Source of the DNA: a virus
Length of the DNA: 64,000 bases
Reading direction: 5' to 3' (one strand)
IMG/VR virus record: IMGVR_UViG_3300033145_000274
Span: 61,080 to 125,079 of that record
A program made the position numbers and the translations under genes. Shown piece after piece: positions 18,390-26,629 of this stretch. The notes under the pieces were generated by a model that ran no database searches, was not told the origin of the DNA, and saw only the letters and a list, made by a program, of their open reading frames with translations. How positions within the stretch are numbered: position 1 is the stretch's first letter; every line of letters begins with the position of its first letter.

Positions 18390-20198
18390 ATGAAAAAGTG
18401 GCTTATTACAACCGTAGCTATGTTAGCTATGCTGTTTAGCACAGTTGCTCTCGCCCGACCGCTGACACTTAACGAGATTTCGGAAGCCGTTTGTCGTGTC
18501 AAGATGGGTCCGTTTGTAGGCAAGCAAAACGCCGGAACGGGAACGTGCATCGGTGAAACACCAGACGGTCAAAACTACTATGTTTTGACAAATGCACATG
18601 TGGTCGGACAGCACAGCCAAGGTACTGTTGAATTCTTCAAGGGTGGTTATAAGACCAGGCCGTTGCCCGCTACCGTTGTGTGGCGAGCGTATAATAAAGG
18701 TAGTGACGTAGATTTTGCTATTGTTATGGTGTCCAAGGCGATATTTGGTGATTATCCCCCCAGGGTAATTCCATTGGCTCCCGCTGGATATCGTCCAACC
18801 ACCGGCAATTATATTGCTACTGTTGGATGTCCCAACGCTCGTTGGGCTCAGGCTTGGGAAGGTCGTATTACGGTTGAACGGCAATCTCGCGTGTTATTTG
18901 TCCCTGCACCCGTTGGTGGTCAAAGTGGTAGTGGTATCACTGTATTGATTCAGGATAAAGATGGTATATGGCATACGCGCGTTGGTGCCGTACTCACCTG
19001 GCGATTGGGTGACAACATGGGTAATTTCCATGGTGGTGCAATTCCAGTCAGCACACTATATAATGTTTTAGCTGGAACTCATGTGGCGTATCAAGTACCA
19101 GTACATTACACCGAAGTATCCACTGTTGATACTGGTAAGTGGGCCATGGGTAGTAACCAAAGGTTGTATAGGGTTTATTCGGTTAATGGTAATAATACTG
19201 TTAATTTTGGCCAGGGACCCCACGTACGAATCTTAACATGGGATTACTACAAGACTGGGTGTTGTCCTCCGTCATTTGGTAGTGGTAGCGGTAGTTGTCC
19301 ACCGTCCTTTGGTAGTGGTCCTAGTCCGTGGCGTGGACCCAGTCCACAGCCCCAACCACGTCCGAGCCCAGGCGTACCCCCATATAGTCAGCAACCCCCC
19401 AATGGTGGTGGTAATCCATATGGTGTCAAACCGCCTAGTATTGGCGCGCCGTGGCCAGGTATCACTCCAGAAGCACCCAAGGCCGAGGCCGAGGAAGAAA
19501 AGCCACCCTTGCCACCTTTGAGTGATGAACTGCAAGACTTGGGTGATAAGTACAATGTGTTGTCCGCAGATAAGAAAAAGTTAGAAGACCAGATTGCGGA
19601 GCTAGAAGACCAAATTTTGGTTCAAGCTGATGCCGATATTGCAAAAGCTAAAGCTGAGGCTGACGCCAAGGCTGAAGCCGAACAACAAGCCGTTGAGCAG
19701 GAAAGTGAGACCGCTATAACCGATGTTGGTCTATGGCAGAGATTCAAAACTAACGTGAATGGATTCTTTGGTGGCATCCTTATGGGTGCTGGTATTGGTC
19801 TGCTTATTTTTGTGTGGAATAAGTTTTTGAAGAAGAGGGTTATACAGCGAGTGGATTCCCTACAAGATTATCTTGAAAACAAAATCAAAGGTAAGTGGGG
19901 TCCCGAATTGGCTGGGGAAGCCCGAGATGTAATGGAGGGCGTTGAAGACGCGCTGCTGGGCTTTGCAGACGACTTCTTGGAAGACATACAGGCTCGCAAG
20001 CAAGTGGCTAAATCCGTCGCCAAGGGCCAGCCCGCCGCACGTGTGGTGAATGGTTCACGTAGGTCTAATGTGTCTGAAATCCTCGAAGCCGTACGAGAAG
20101 CCTCCCGCGAGGTCGGTGATGAAAATGTCACCACAGAAGTACCCCGCAGGGTGGATGAAATCTTGGCGCAGGTAGCCAAGGACAAATTGAAAAACTAA
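18390..20198 (+). CDS. secreted trypsin-like serine protease with Pro-rich linker, coiled coil and TM segment
   Basis: signal peptide; LTNAHVV, DFAIV, GGQSGSG triad; CPPSFGSG repeat; FFGGILMGAGIGLLIFVW. Confidence 0.8.
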   Translation: MKKWLITTVAMLAMLFSTVALARPLTLNEISEAVCRVKMGPFVGKQNAGTGTCIGETPDGQNYYVLTNAHVVGQHSQGTVEFFKGGYKTRPLPATVVWRAYNKGSDVDFAIVMVSKAIFGDYPPRVIPLAPAGYRPTTGNYIATVGCPNARWAQAWEGRITVERQSRVLFVPAPVGGQSGSGITVLIQDKDGIWHTRVGAVLTWRLGDNMGNFHGGAIPVSTLYNVLAGTHVAYQVPVHYTEVSTVDTGKWAMGSNQRLYRVYSVNGNNTVNFGQGPHVRILTWDYYKTGCCPPSFGSGSGSCPPSFGSGPSPWRGPSPQPQPRPSPGVPPYSQQPPNGGGNPYGVKPPSIGAPWPGITPEAPKAEAEEEKPPLPPLSDELQDLGDKYNVLSADKKKLEDQIAELEDQILVQADADIAKAKAEADAKAEAEQQAVEQESETAITDVGLWQRFKTNVNGFFGGILMGAGIGLLIFVWNKFLKKRVIQRVDSLQDYLENKIKGKWGPELAGEARDVMEGVEDALLGFADDFLEDIQARKQVAKSVAKGQPAARVVNGSRRSNVSEILEAVREASREVGDENVTTEVPRRVDEILAQVAKDKLKN

Positions 20199-20199
20199 G

Positions 20200-20258
20200 C
20201 TGAGATAGCGTTGCCCAAGGGCGGTCTCAGGGTTTCCTGAAATCGCTCTTTTTTTTTG
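20200..20258 (+). terminator. intrinsic terminator
   Basis: GC-rich stems followed by a long T run. Confidence 0.65.
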
Positions 20259-20259
20259 G

Positions 20260-20287
20260 TTGACAATAAATTTTCTTGGTGTATAAT
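20260..20287 (+). promoter_or_regulatory. sigma70-like promoter of RNA cluster
   Basis: TTGACA-16nt-TATAAT. Confidence 0.8.
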
Positions 20288-20293
20288 ACAAGT

Positions 20294-20356
20294 GAGGCGA
20301 ATGAATTAGCGCTTACATGTCCAAAAATGAACGGCGCTGAAAATCCTTGTCGCTTC
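20294..20356 (+). ncRNA. candidate minimal Y RNA 2
   Basis: GAGGCGAATGAATTAGCGCTTACATGTCC...GGCGCTGAAAATCCTTGTCGCTTC; begins 6-7 nt after -10 box. Confidence 0.65.
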
Positions 20357-20362
20357 TTGTGT

Positions 20363-20448
20363 TCCGTGGGGGCAACTGTTGGAAGTTGCGGGCGTCTGTT
20401 AAACGTCTATGGGTAACACCTACGCTGGTTCGATTCCAGCCTGCGGAG
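20363..20448 (+). tRNA. tRNA-Asn(GTT), long variable arm
   Basis: TCCGTGG/CTGCGGA-G, anticodon arm GGCGT-CTGTTAA-ACGTC, 16-nt variable region. Confidence 0.85.
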
Positions 20449-20489
20449 CTTATGTGATTTACTTAGGATTCTTGTGAAGGAAAAGTGCT

Positions 20490-20831
20490 TTGAGCAAAAA
20501 CAAAGAACGTCAGTTTAAGTTGCTTCGTCTTGTTAGCGGCAGTACGGTATTAGCCAATGTGTTATATCAACGTGAAAACACAGGACAAGAATACGAGTTG
20601 ACGAAGCCGATGGAAGTAATTGTCATGCCTGACCGGTCGGGCCAAACGATGATTACTCTCATGGATTTTATTCCCGCAAGCCGACAAGAGGTTATTCGTA
20701 TTGGTAAGGCCCACGTAATGTGTTCCGCCGTACCCGATGATAAAGTAGCGGCTTTGTATCAACAGGCCACTAATCCGAGTGCCGTGATAGCACCGCCTGA
20801 GCAAAAGCTGGCGTTGCCGCCAGGAGTATAA
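20490..20831 (+). CDS. hypothetical phage protein
   Basis: TTG start with gaagga RBS; LLRLVSGSTVLA. Confidence 0.6.
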   Translation: MSKNKERQFKLLRLVSGSTVLANVLYQRENTGQEYELTKPMEVIVMPDRSGQTMITLMDFIPASRQEVIRIGKAHVMCSAVPDDKVAALYQQATNPSAVIAPPEQKLALPPGV

Positions 20832-20834
20832 TAT

Positions 20835-20908
20835 AGGGCTGAGGGCTTGATGGTAAGCCGCCTGGTTTGGGACCAGGAGTTGTGTGGGTTCGACTCCCAC
20901 CTGCCCTA
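20835..20908 (+). tRNA. tRNA-Pro(TGG)
   Basis: CCTGG-TTTGGGA-CCAGG; GTGGG-TTCGACT-CCCAC. Confidence 0.9.
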
Positions 20909-20919
20909 CTGACAATCAT

Positions 20920-21006
20920 AGCGCAGGGTTCTCTGTTGGTAATGGGTGCCCAGACTTTCAATCTGGGGGTCGTAAGGCCACGCGGGTTCAATTCCCGTCT
21001 GCGTTA
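20920..21006 (+). tRNA. tRNA-Glu(TTC), long variable arm
   Basis: CCAGA-CTTTCAA-TCTGG; variable hairpin GGTC-GTAA-GGCC. Confidence 0.85.
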
Positions 21007-21014
21007 CTTATAAT

Positions 21015-21089
21015 GGGGGATGGTTCACTGTTGGGAGTGTTGCTTGGTTTGCAACCAAGTTGTCGTGGGTTCGATTCCCATATCCTCCA
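21015..21089 (+). tRNA. tRNA-Ala(TGC)
   Basis: G3.U70; CTTGG-TTTGCAA-CCAAG. Confidence 0.92.
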
Positions 21090-21091
21090 CT

Positions 21092-21178
21092 GCGTACGAG
21101 TCGGATATTAGTTGGCCGAGCCTGACTGTGAATCAGGAGGCTATTAAAGCCATGCGGGTGCAATTCCCGTCGTTCGCC
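21092..21178 (+). tRNA. tRNA-His(GTG), long variable arm
   Basis: CCTGA-CTGTGAA-TCAGG; variable hairpin GGCT-ATTAA-AGCC; C73; genomic -1 base is T. Confidence 0.85.
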
Positions 21179-21336
21179 CTTGAGGTTCTGTGTCATAGGA
21201 GACCCGCGCACCCTCTTATTACCAGTCGATACAACATGGCGTGCGGAATAGCCGGATACGTTCGTATGGTCTTGTGTTGTTTAGGTTAAAGCGACTTATA
21301 ATCGTGGCGAGCCTCAAATTTATAAGGATTTATTTT

Positions 21337-21600
21337 ATGAGTCTTTTTGGACATTGGGAATGCCCCAACTGTGGAACGACTTGGACTGGTAGTATAGGTT
21401 GGCAACCCCCAACAGATGAAGAAGAGTTAAAGAACATGCTACACAATATGTGTGGTTGTAGTGGACCAATCGAGGGTGCTCAAACACCTGTTATGAGTGC
21501 ATCTGTGATGAATGTTAAGCTTTCAGACAAGCGATTGGCAATGAATCTTGATATTGATAAACCACGCGAAGGTGACGCCGAAAGCGCCGGGCGCAACTAA
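21337..21600 (+). CDS. hypothetical zinc-ribbon protein
   Basis: HWECPNCG..CGC; 3' end overlaps tRNA-Trp. Confidence 0.5.
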   Translation: MSLFGHWECPNCGTTWTGSIGWQPPTDEEELKNMLHNMCGCSGPIEGAQTPVMSASVMNVKLSDKRLAMNLDIDKPREGDAESAGRN

Positions 21601-21643
21601 CTCTCCAAAGGTTAGATAAGGGGTTCGACTCCCTCGTTGCCTG
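21570..21643 (+). tRNA. tRNA-Trp(CCA), atypical D arm
   Basis: CTAACT-CTCCAAA-GGTTAG; T loop TTCGACT; AGGTGAC/GTTGCCT-G. Confidence 0.7.
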
Positions 21644-21752
21644 CTAGAAGGTAGGACATCATGTTGCAAATATCTCCAGAAGAAAAAGAACTAAAACTAG
21701 AGCAATAAGTAGTCGTTTCAGCCAGGACTCAGAAAACTTTTTGGAGACACGC

Positions 21753-22241
21753 ATGGACTTTGTTCTGGGATTTGATGGTGGCAACGCCCAAAATCTTGCA
21801 TGTTATGGCTATGTCATCTGGACCGTCTCCGACAAAGAAATAACTACAGTGGGCGAGGGCTACGGCAAATGTCACGACGACCTACAAACTAGCAATGTGG
21901 CTGAGTGGTCAGCGCTCATGTATGGTTTAATGGCGGTGTTACCGCAGATTGTAACCATAAAACGCGAACACAAGATTGCGAAGCTGTTCTTGCACGGCGA
22001 CAGCCAGTTGGTCCTGCGACAATTGACAGGAGAATACGGCGTGACCCAACCTCACCTAAAGTTTTACTATGGTAAGTGTCGAAAAATAGTACAGAGGATT
22101 GAGCAAGAAGGTGTTGAGGTCATAACCCATTGGGAGGGGCGCGACAATAACGATGGACCAGACAAACTTACACATTTAGCCCGTAAGAGGTATCTTGATG
22201 TGCGACGAAGAAAGCGCGGTACTAAATCTGTCACCAGGTAA
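21753..22241 (+). CDS. rnhA: ribonuclease HI-like protein
   Basis: FDGG, TSNVAEWSAL, GDSQLV, NDGPDKL. Confidence 0.85.
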   Translation: MDFVLGFDGGNAQNLACYGYVIWTVSDKEITTVGEGYGKCHDDLQTSNVAEWSALMYGLMAVLPQIVTIKREHKIAKLFLHGDSQLVLRQLTGEYGVTQPHLKFYYGKCRKIVQRIEQEGVEVITHWEGRDNNDGPDKLTHLARKRYLDVRRRKRGTKSVTR

Positions 22242-22407
22242 TAATCTGTCTGAGTTGGTAAACGCCAAGCCAATTGATGCACTGAATATACCTGATAACT
22301 TTACCGGTGAGATTCGTGTGATAGACAAGGAAGTGACTTTTGTTTATGAATTTGAAAAACACCAACTGAAATCTATTACGGTAAAATCTACCGTACAGGA
22401 GAAATGA
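22195..22407 (+). CDS. hypothetical protein
   Basis: short ORF. Confidence 0.4.
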   Translation: MMCDEESAVLNLSPGNNLSELVNAKPIDALNIPDNFTGEIRVIDKEVTFVYEFEKHQLKSITVKSTVQEK

Positions 22408-22584
22408 GATGTTTGTTGTATTTTCAAGCAACGATGAAATAATTATAACCACTCCAGAGTTGGAAACACAAGTCCTAGACGATTTTTTCATAAATGGTGG
22501 TAGGGTTATGGAAGATTACGACCGAGAGGAAGTAGACGAAGTTGGAGTGGAAGTTTCCAGTCGTGTGATGTGGGAATAATACGT

Positions 22585-22667
22585 GGGAGGGTTGAGCAGG
22601 TGGTGTGCTTAGCGGACTGTAAATCCGTGCCCTTTTGGGATTGCAGGTTCGATTCCTGTCTCTCCCA
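22585..22667 (+). tRNA. tRNA-Tyr(GTA)
   Basis: GCGGA-CTGTAAA-TCCGT; long variable arm as expected. Confidence 0.9.
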
Positions 22668-22800
22668 CTTGTGTTCAGTCAGTTTGCGCTTATATAGTCT
22701 GGTTAGTTACTGACGAAAAATAAAGAACAGCGCCAGCCGTGGTCAATCACTCCACGAAAATCAGTGATGGTGGCTCGGTTCGACCCCCACGCCACAACTT

Positions 22801-22871
22801 GCGCCTGTGATGTAGTGGTAGCCTATCAGCTTGCCATGCTGAATGTGTGGATTCGATTTCCACCAGGCGCT
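22801..22871 (+). tRNA. tRNA-Gly(GCC)
   Basis: GCGCCTG/CAGGCGC-T; TCAGC-TTGCCAT-GCTGA. Confidence 0.9.
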
Positions 22872-22905
22872 CTTAAATATGACGTTATAACTCAAAGGAA
22901 TTACC

Positions 22906-23160
22906 ATGAAGAAAAAGAGTATGAGTATTGGTACGCTGTCCATGTTGATTGGCTTTGCCCTGTGTATTATTAAAGCCAGCGGACTTGGATTAGTCACATG
23001 GCCATGGTGGGTTGTTACCGCGCCTGTGTGGGGACCATTTGCTATCTTTGCCATCTTCATGCTGTTTGTGTATATGTTGGTGGGCACCCGCATAAGTGTA
23101 GATGCCGCAGCAGAAATAACATTTGATGCCGATGGTAAACCAAACAACCAGGGCAAATAA
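22906..23160 (+). CDS. small membrane protein
   Basis: two hydrophobic segments, WPWWVVTAPVW. Confidence 0.7.
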   Translation: MKKKSMSIGTLSMLIGFALCIIKASGLGLVTWPWWVVTAPVWGPFAIFAIFMLFVYMLVGTRISVDAAAEITFDADGKPNNQGK

Positions 23161-23164
23161 TGCT

Positions 23165-24394
23165 ATGAATGACATTCTTTGTATCATACCCTACTATGAT
23201 TTTCATGGCAATGAACGCCTACCAACGAATCATTATACGGGTGTGAAATCACTACAAGAACAGGGTGTTGATACGTTGGCTATTGAGGCCGTATATGATA
23301 ATCAGCCACGACTATCGGGTGATAACACGGTACAAATTGATGTACAACATCCATTGTGGTACAAGGAAAACCTGATTAACTTAGGCATACAAGAGTTTCG
23401 TGACCAGTATAAATACATCGGCTGGATTGACTCGGGGTTGTTGCTTAATGATGGGTGGGTAGAGTTAGCCCTGGACAAATTACACCACGTAGACCTCATA
23501 CAGTGTTTTCGGTCGGGCAATTGGTTCAATGAACACGGCATGATTGAATACATAACAGATGGTTATATTTATACACAAGTAATGGATGTGAGATTTCCCA
23601 ATCGTCCTTCTCCGGGAGGCGCGTGGGTTGCACGGTCCAGTGTATTATCGGATAACTTTTTGTATGACCGCAACATTGTGGGTGGTGGAGATTCCCTGCT
23701 GGCATATACAGTGTTACGTAACGGAGCAGTACATTCAGAACTTAAACACTACACACAGGAACACGGCGAACACTATTTAGAATGGCACGAACAACTATCA
23801 CAACGCAACTTAACATGTTCATACATTCGAGGTAGCTTTACGCACCTGTGGCACGCCACCCTAAAACAACGACAACACATACAACGACATCAAATTCTCA
23901 AACAGTATAACTACAATCCAGTGCGAGACCTGTTATACGACCCAAGTGGTCTGCTAACTTACAGTCCCGACGTAAATACTGACTTGCCCGATGCAATACA
24001 TAAGTATTTGGTGCATAGAACTAAATTCACACCACAAAACGCCACATCATCACGACCAGCGTCCGTTAGGTTTCTTTGTAACATAGACCTGCCTGTATTA
24101 CACAAGGGCCATGAGCGCATAGTACATTTTAATGCTGGTGATACACATCCAGCAATCAGAATTGAAGTGCATGATGGTAACCAAAATGATATTTACAAAC
24201 CAGATGGTAGTGTAATTTTGGATGTTGCAGATGACATGTTTGAAAACGGGTGCAATCGTGTTCTTGTAACACATGGTGTGCCCGTACGCCAACCAATGCC
24301 AGTTACATCAAAGATAGACGACTTTAGAACCGGACCGCCTACCAATCCCACACGAATGTCCTATGCTATGGGCGGGAAACCACACACAAAATGA
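23165..24394 (+). CDS. glycosyltransferase-like protein (paralog of 43282-44256)
   Basis: LWYKENLIN, WIDSGL, PGGAWVAR, NIVGGGDSLL, HLWH shared with paralog. Confidence 0.6.
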   Translation: MNDILCIIPYYDFHGNERLPTNHYTGVKSLQEQGVDTLAIEAVYDNQPRLSGDNTVQIDVQHPLWYKENLINLGIQEFRDQYKYIGWIDSGLLLNDGWVELALDKLHHVDLIQCFRSGNWFNEHGMIEYITDGYIYTQVMDVRFPNRPSPGGAWVARSSVLSDNFLYDRNIVGGGDSLLAYTVLRNGAVHSELKHYTQEHGEHYLEWHEQLSQRNLTCSYIRGSFTHLWHATLKQRQHIQRHQILKQYNYNPVRDLLYDPSGLLTYSPDVNTDLPDAIHKYLVHRTKFTPQNATSSRPASVRFLCNIDLPVLHKGHERIVHFNAGDTHPAIRIEVHDGNQNDIYKPDGSVILDVADDMFENGCNRVLVTHGVPVRQPMPVTSKIDDFRTGPPTNPTRMSYAMGGKPHTK

Positions 24395-24897
24395 TATTTA
24401 CCACACAGCGAAAACTAGTTGAATTAGCCGAGAAGGATATGTATTGGCATCCGTGGAACATACGCTGGGAATATATGCTGGTCACCATGGCATGGCTACA
24501 AGATATTCAACCTACGACTATCCTAGAAGCAGGCACCAATGGACTTACAGTGTGTGAGGATAGTGATACGATTGGTTTAGGCAAAGCAGATACAATTCAC
24601 GACCTGCGATGTACACCATGGCCATTTGAAGACAAACAATACGATGTATTCATTGCATTACAGGTATGGGAACATCTTACATATAAGCAGGAAAGTGCAT
24701 TCACCGAGGCTAGTCGCATTGCTAAACACATCATCATGAGCTTTCCGTATATGTGGGACTACGCCAATGGACATTGTCATAATGGCATAGACGAAGACAC
24801 AATCAATGAGTGGGCCGGTAGCCAACCCGACAAAGCACTATTGGTCAATGATTCTTATACACGTTCACGCCTGGTATGTTATTGGAACAAGACATGA
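24391..24897 (+). CDS. SAM-dependent methyltransferase-like protein
   Basis: ILEAGTNG, PFEDKQYDVFIALQVWEHL. Confidence 0.65.
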   Translation: MIFTTQRKLVELAEKDMYWHPWNIRWEYMLVTMAWLQDIQPTTILEAGTNGLTVCEDSDTIGLGKADTIHDLRCTPWPFEDKQYDVFIALQVWEHLTYKQESAFTEASRIAKHIIMSFPYMWDYANGHCHNGIDEDTINEWAGSQPDKALLVNDSYTRSRLVCYWNKT

Positions 24898-25298
24898 AAG
24901 TCATCATAGCGGGATGCCGTTGGATTGAAAATTACGACATAGTCTGTGAAGCCATTGAGGACAGCGGTTTTACGGTCACGGAAGTGGTGTCGGGCACAGC
25001 CAATGGAGTGGATACGTTGGGGGAAAACTGGGCAGAGGCACACGATATTCCTATTAAGCACTTTCCTGCTAATTGGAAAAACCTCAAGGTTAAGGGCGCT
25101 GTCATCCGAAAGAATAGGTATGGGAAGTACAACGCCGCCGCCGGACATGTGCGCAACGAACAAATGGCAGAGTATGGTGATGCTCTGGTGGCTATTTGGG
25201 ACCAAAAATCACGAGGTACCGCCAATATGATTGAGTTGGCACGTAAACATGGATTGAAAGTACACATTTTTCTAGTAGAAGCAAAGGATGAACGATAA
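24894..25298 (+). CDS. SLOG/YspA-like (DUF2493-type) protein
   Basis: VIIAGCR, VVSGTANGVD, AAGHVRNEQMA, SRGTANM. Confidence 0.8.
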   Translation: MKVIIAGCRWIENYDIVCEAIEDSGFTVTEVVSGTANGVDTLGENWAEAHDIPIKHFPANWKNLKVKGAVIRKNRYGKYNAAAGHVRNEQMAEYGDALVAIWDQKSRGTANMIELARKHGLKVHIFLVEAKDER

Positions 25299-25361
25299 TG
25301 AGAACTCATTCTTACATTCTCCATAGGTTTAGTATGCTTTAATATAGCACTACTTTAACCT

Positions 25362-25982
25362 ATGGAGTTGCAAATGCGTGACAAAACCAAACACCCAACT
25401 TATCGACGTGAGCCTCGTACGACCCAGGAACGTCGGGCTAACGGCAAGCGCAGCGAATGGGGACGTGGCAGGCGCAATCAAAGCAATTTGGTTGATGCTT
25501 ATAGTGACCGTCCGGTGACCATCCAGAAGACCTGGAAGGTTAAGCGTCGTCACCAATACCGTGAGCGTAGCCGTGGACAGCAGCACACAATCTTCCTGCC
25601 GAATGGCAGCGGGCCAAGTTGGCGCTTCTGGATAAACATCTGGGAGTTGGAACAGTGGTTCAATAACCACGACATTCCGTGCTGTGTTGAAAAGGTGGAG
25701 AAAATTGAGACGCGAATTGAAACACATCGACGTGAGTACAGGGCGATTGGATGGGAATCGTATACCTATGTCCGCCCCGTGCGTCCGCGTAAGAAGGGCG
25801 CAAAGAAAACCCTGACCCGATATGAGACCAAGACCTCATGGCGTAATGTCTGCGGTTGGGTGAAGATAAAGCTACCTAAGCCACGTGTGAGTCATTGGTC
25901 TACCTTGATAGGCTACAACGTAACGTGGTGGAGTGGCAAGGACATTGGTATTGAACGTGTTTTGCAACGTAGTGTTAGGTAA
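25362..25982 (+). CDS. basic hypothetical phage protein
   Basis: Arg-rich ORF of 206 aa. Confidence 0.6.
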   Translation: MELQMRDKTKHPTYRREPRTTQERRANGKRSEWGRGRRNQSNLVDAYSDRPVTIQKTWKVKRRHQYRERSRGQQHTIFLPNGSGPSWRFWINIWELEQWFNNHDIPCCVEKVEKIETRIETHRREYRAIGWESYTYVRPVRPRKKGAKKTLTRYETKTSWRNVCGWVKIKLPKPRVSHWSTLIGYNVTWWSGKDIGIERVLQRSVR

Positions 25983-26211
25983 AGTGGTCATTTGAATATC
26001 TTTATTCAACAAATTTTTGGACTTGATTACACACGTGGGAATTGGGACGATTAGTAGGCCCCTTAATCAGAAATGCTCACTGCCGTTGGCGCTGAGTTCC
26101 CACGTTTTTGATACACTCAGCCCTAGTTGGCAAGGGTGCGGCGAGCGCTAGTCGCTAAGTGGTGATGGTTGACAACGAGCCATAATCGTTGATGGGATTT
26201 GCCATCCCTAT

Positions 26212-26287
26212 GGAGGTCTGGTGTAGCTGGTGCGCACGGTAGTCTGAAGAACTACAGGACTTGACGGTTCGATTCCGTGGGCCTCCA
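26212..26287 (+). tRNA. tRNA-Phe(GAA)
   Basis: GTAGT-CTGAAGA-ACTAC; GGAGGTC/GGCCTCC-A. Confidence 0.88.
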
Positions 26288-26289
26288 CT

Positions 26290-26412
26290 GGTGAATGCAG
26301 TGAGACTTACATGCATTTTAAGCCGTAGTTGCGAGTGCAAGACTCGTCCACGCCTAGCGTGGTAGCTTAATTAGTAAAGCAACGCCAATTTGTCTTACGT
26401 ACCTTGTCACCA
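26290..26412 (+). ncRNA. YrlA-type Y RNA 3 (circularly permuted tRNA mimic)
   Basis: order: T arm GCGAG-TGCAAGA-CTCGT, closed acceptor CCACGC-CTA-GCGTGG, D arm TAGCTTAATTAGTAAAGC; closed by GGTGA/TCACC stem; T8 follows. Confidence 0.85.
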
Positions 26413-26421
26413 TTTTTTTTA

Positions 26422-26494
26422 CCTGCCTAGCCCATCCGGTGGTGGGGGCTGGCTGTCAACCAGTTTGTGGCGAGTTCGACTCTCGTAGGTGGGG
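26422..26494 (+). tRNA. tRNA-Asp(GTC)
   Basis: GCTGG-CTGTCAA-CCAGT; G73. Confidence 0.88.
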
Positions 26495-26554
26495 CTAAAC
26501 GGTCGGGCGACACGCTATTAAGCATCGCCCAATTGCTAGGGCCGTTTTTTAGAC

Positions 26555-26582
26555 TTGACATTTCTCATTTTGGTCGTAAAAT
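26555..26582 (+). promoter_or_regulatory. sigma70-like promoter upstream of Y RNA 4
   Basis: TTGACA-16nt-TAAAAT. Confidence 0.7.
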
Positions 26583-26629
26583 AAAAGTGAGTGGTGGAGG
26601 TGGGGAGCGAAAGCTCCCGTCTGTATCTT

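Noticed and set aside
20361-20449. 9-bp acceptor (allo-tRNA-like) reading of tRNA-Asn
   Set aside because: A standard 7/5 fold starting TCC with G73 matches Asn identity better; the extra pairs are flanking sequence
20884-21289. Short ORFs overlapping the Pro/Glu/Ala/His tRNAs (also 31792, 54314-54946)
   Set aside because: They lie on RNA genes or the structured ncRNA candidate and are best explained as chance frames
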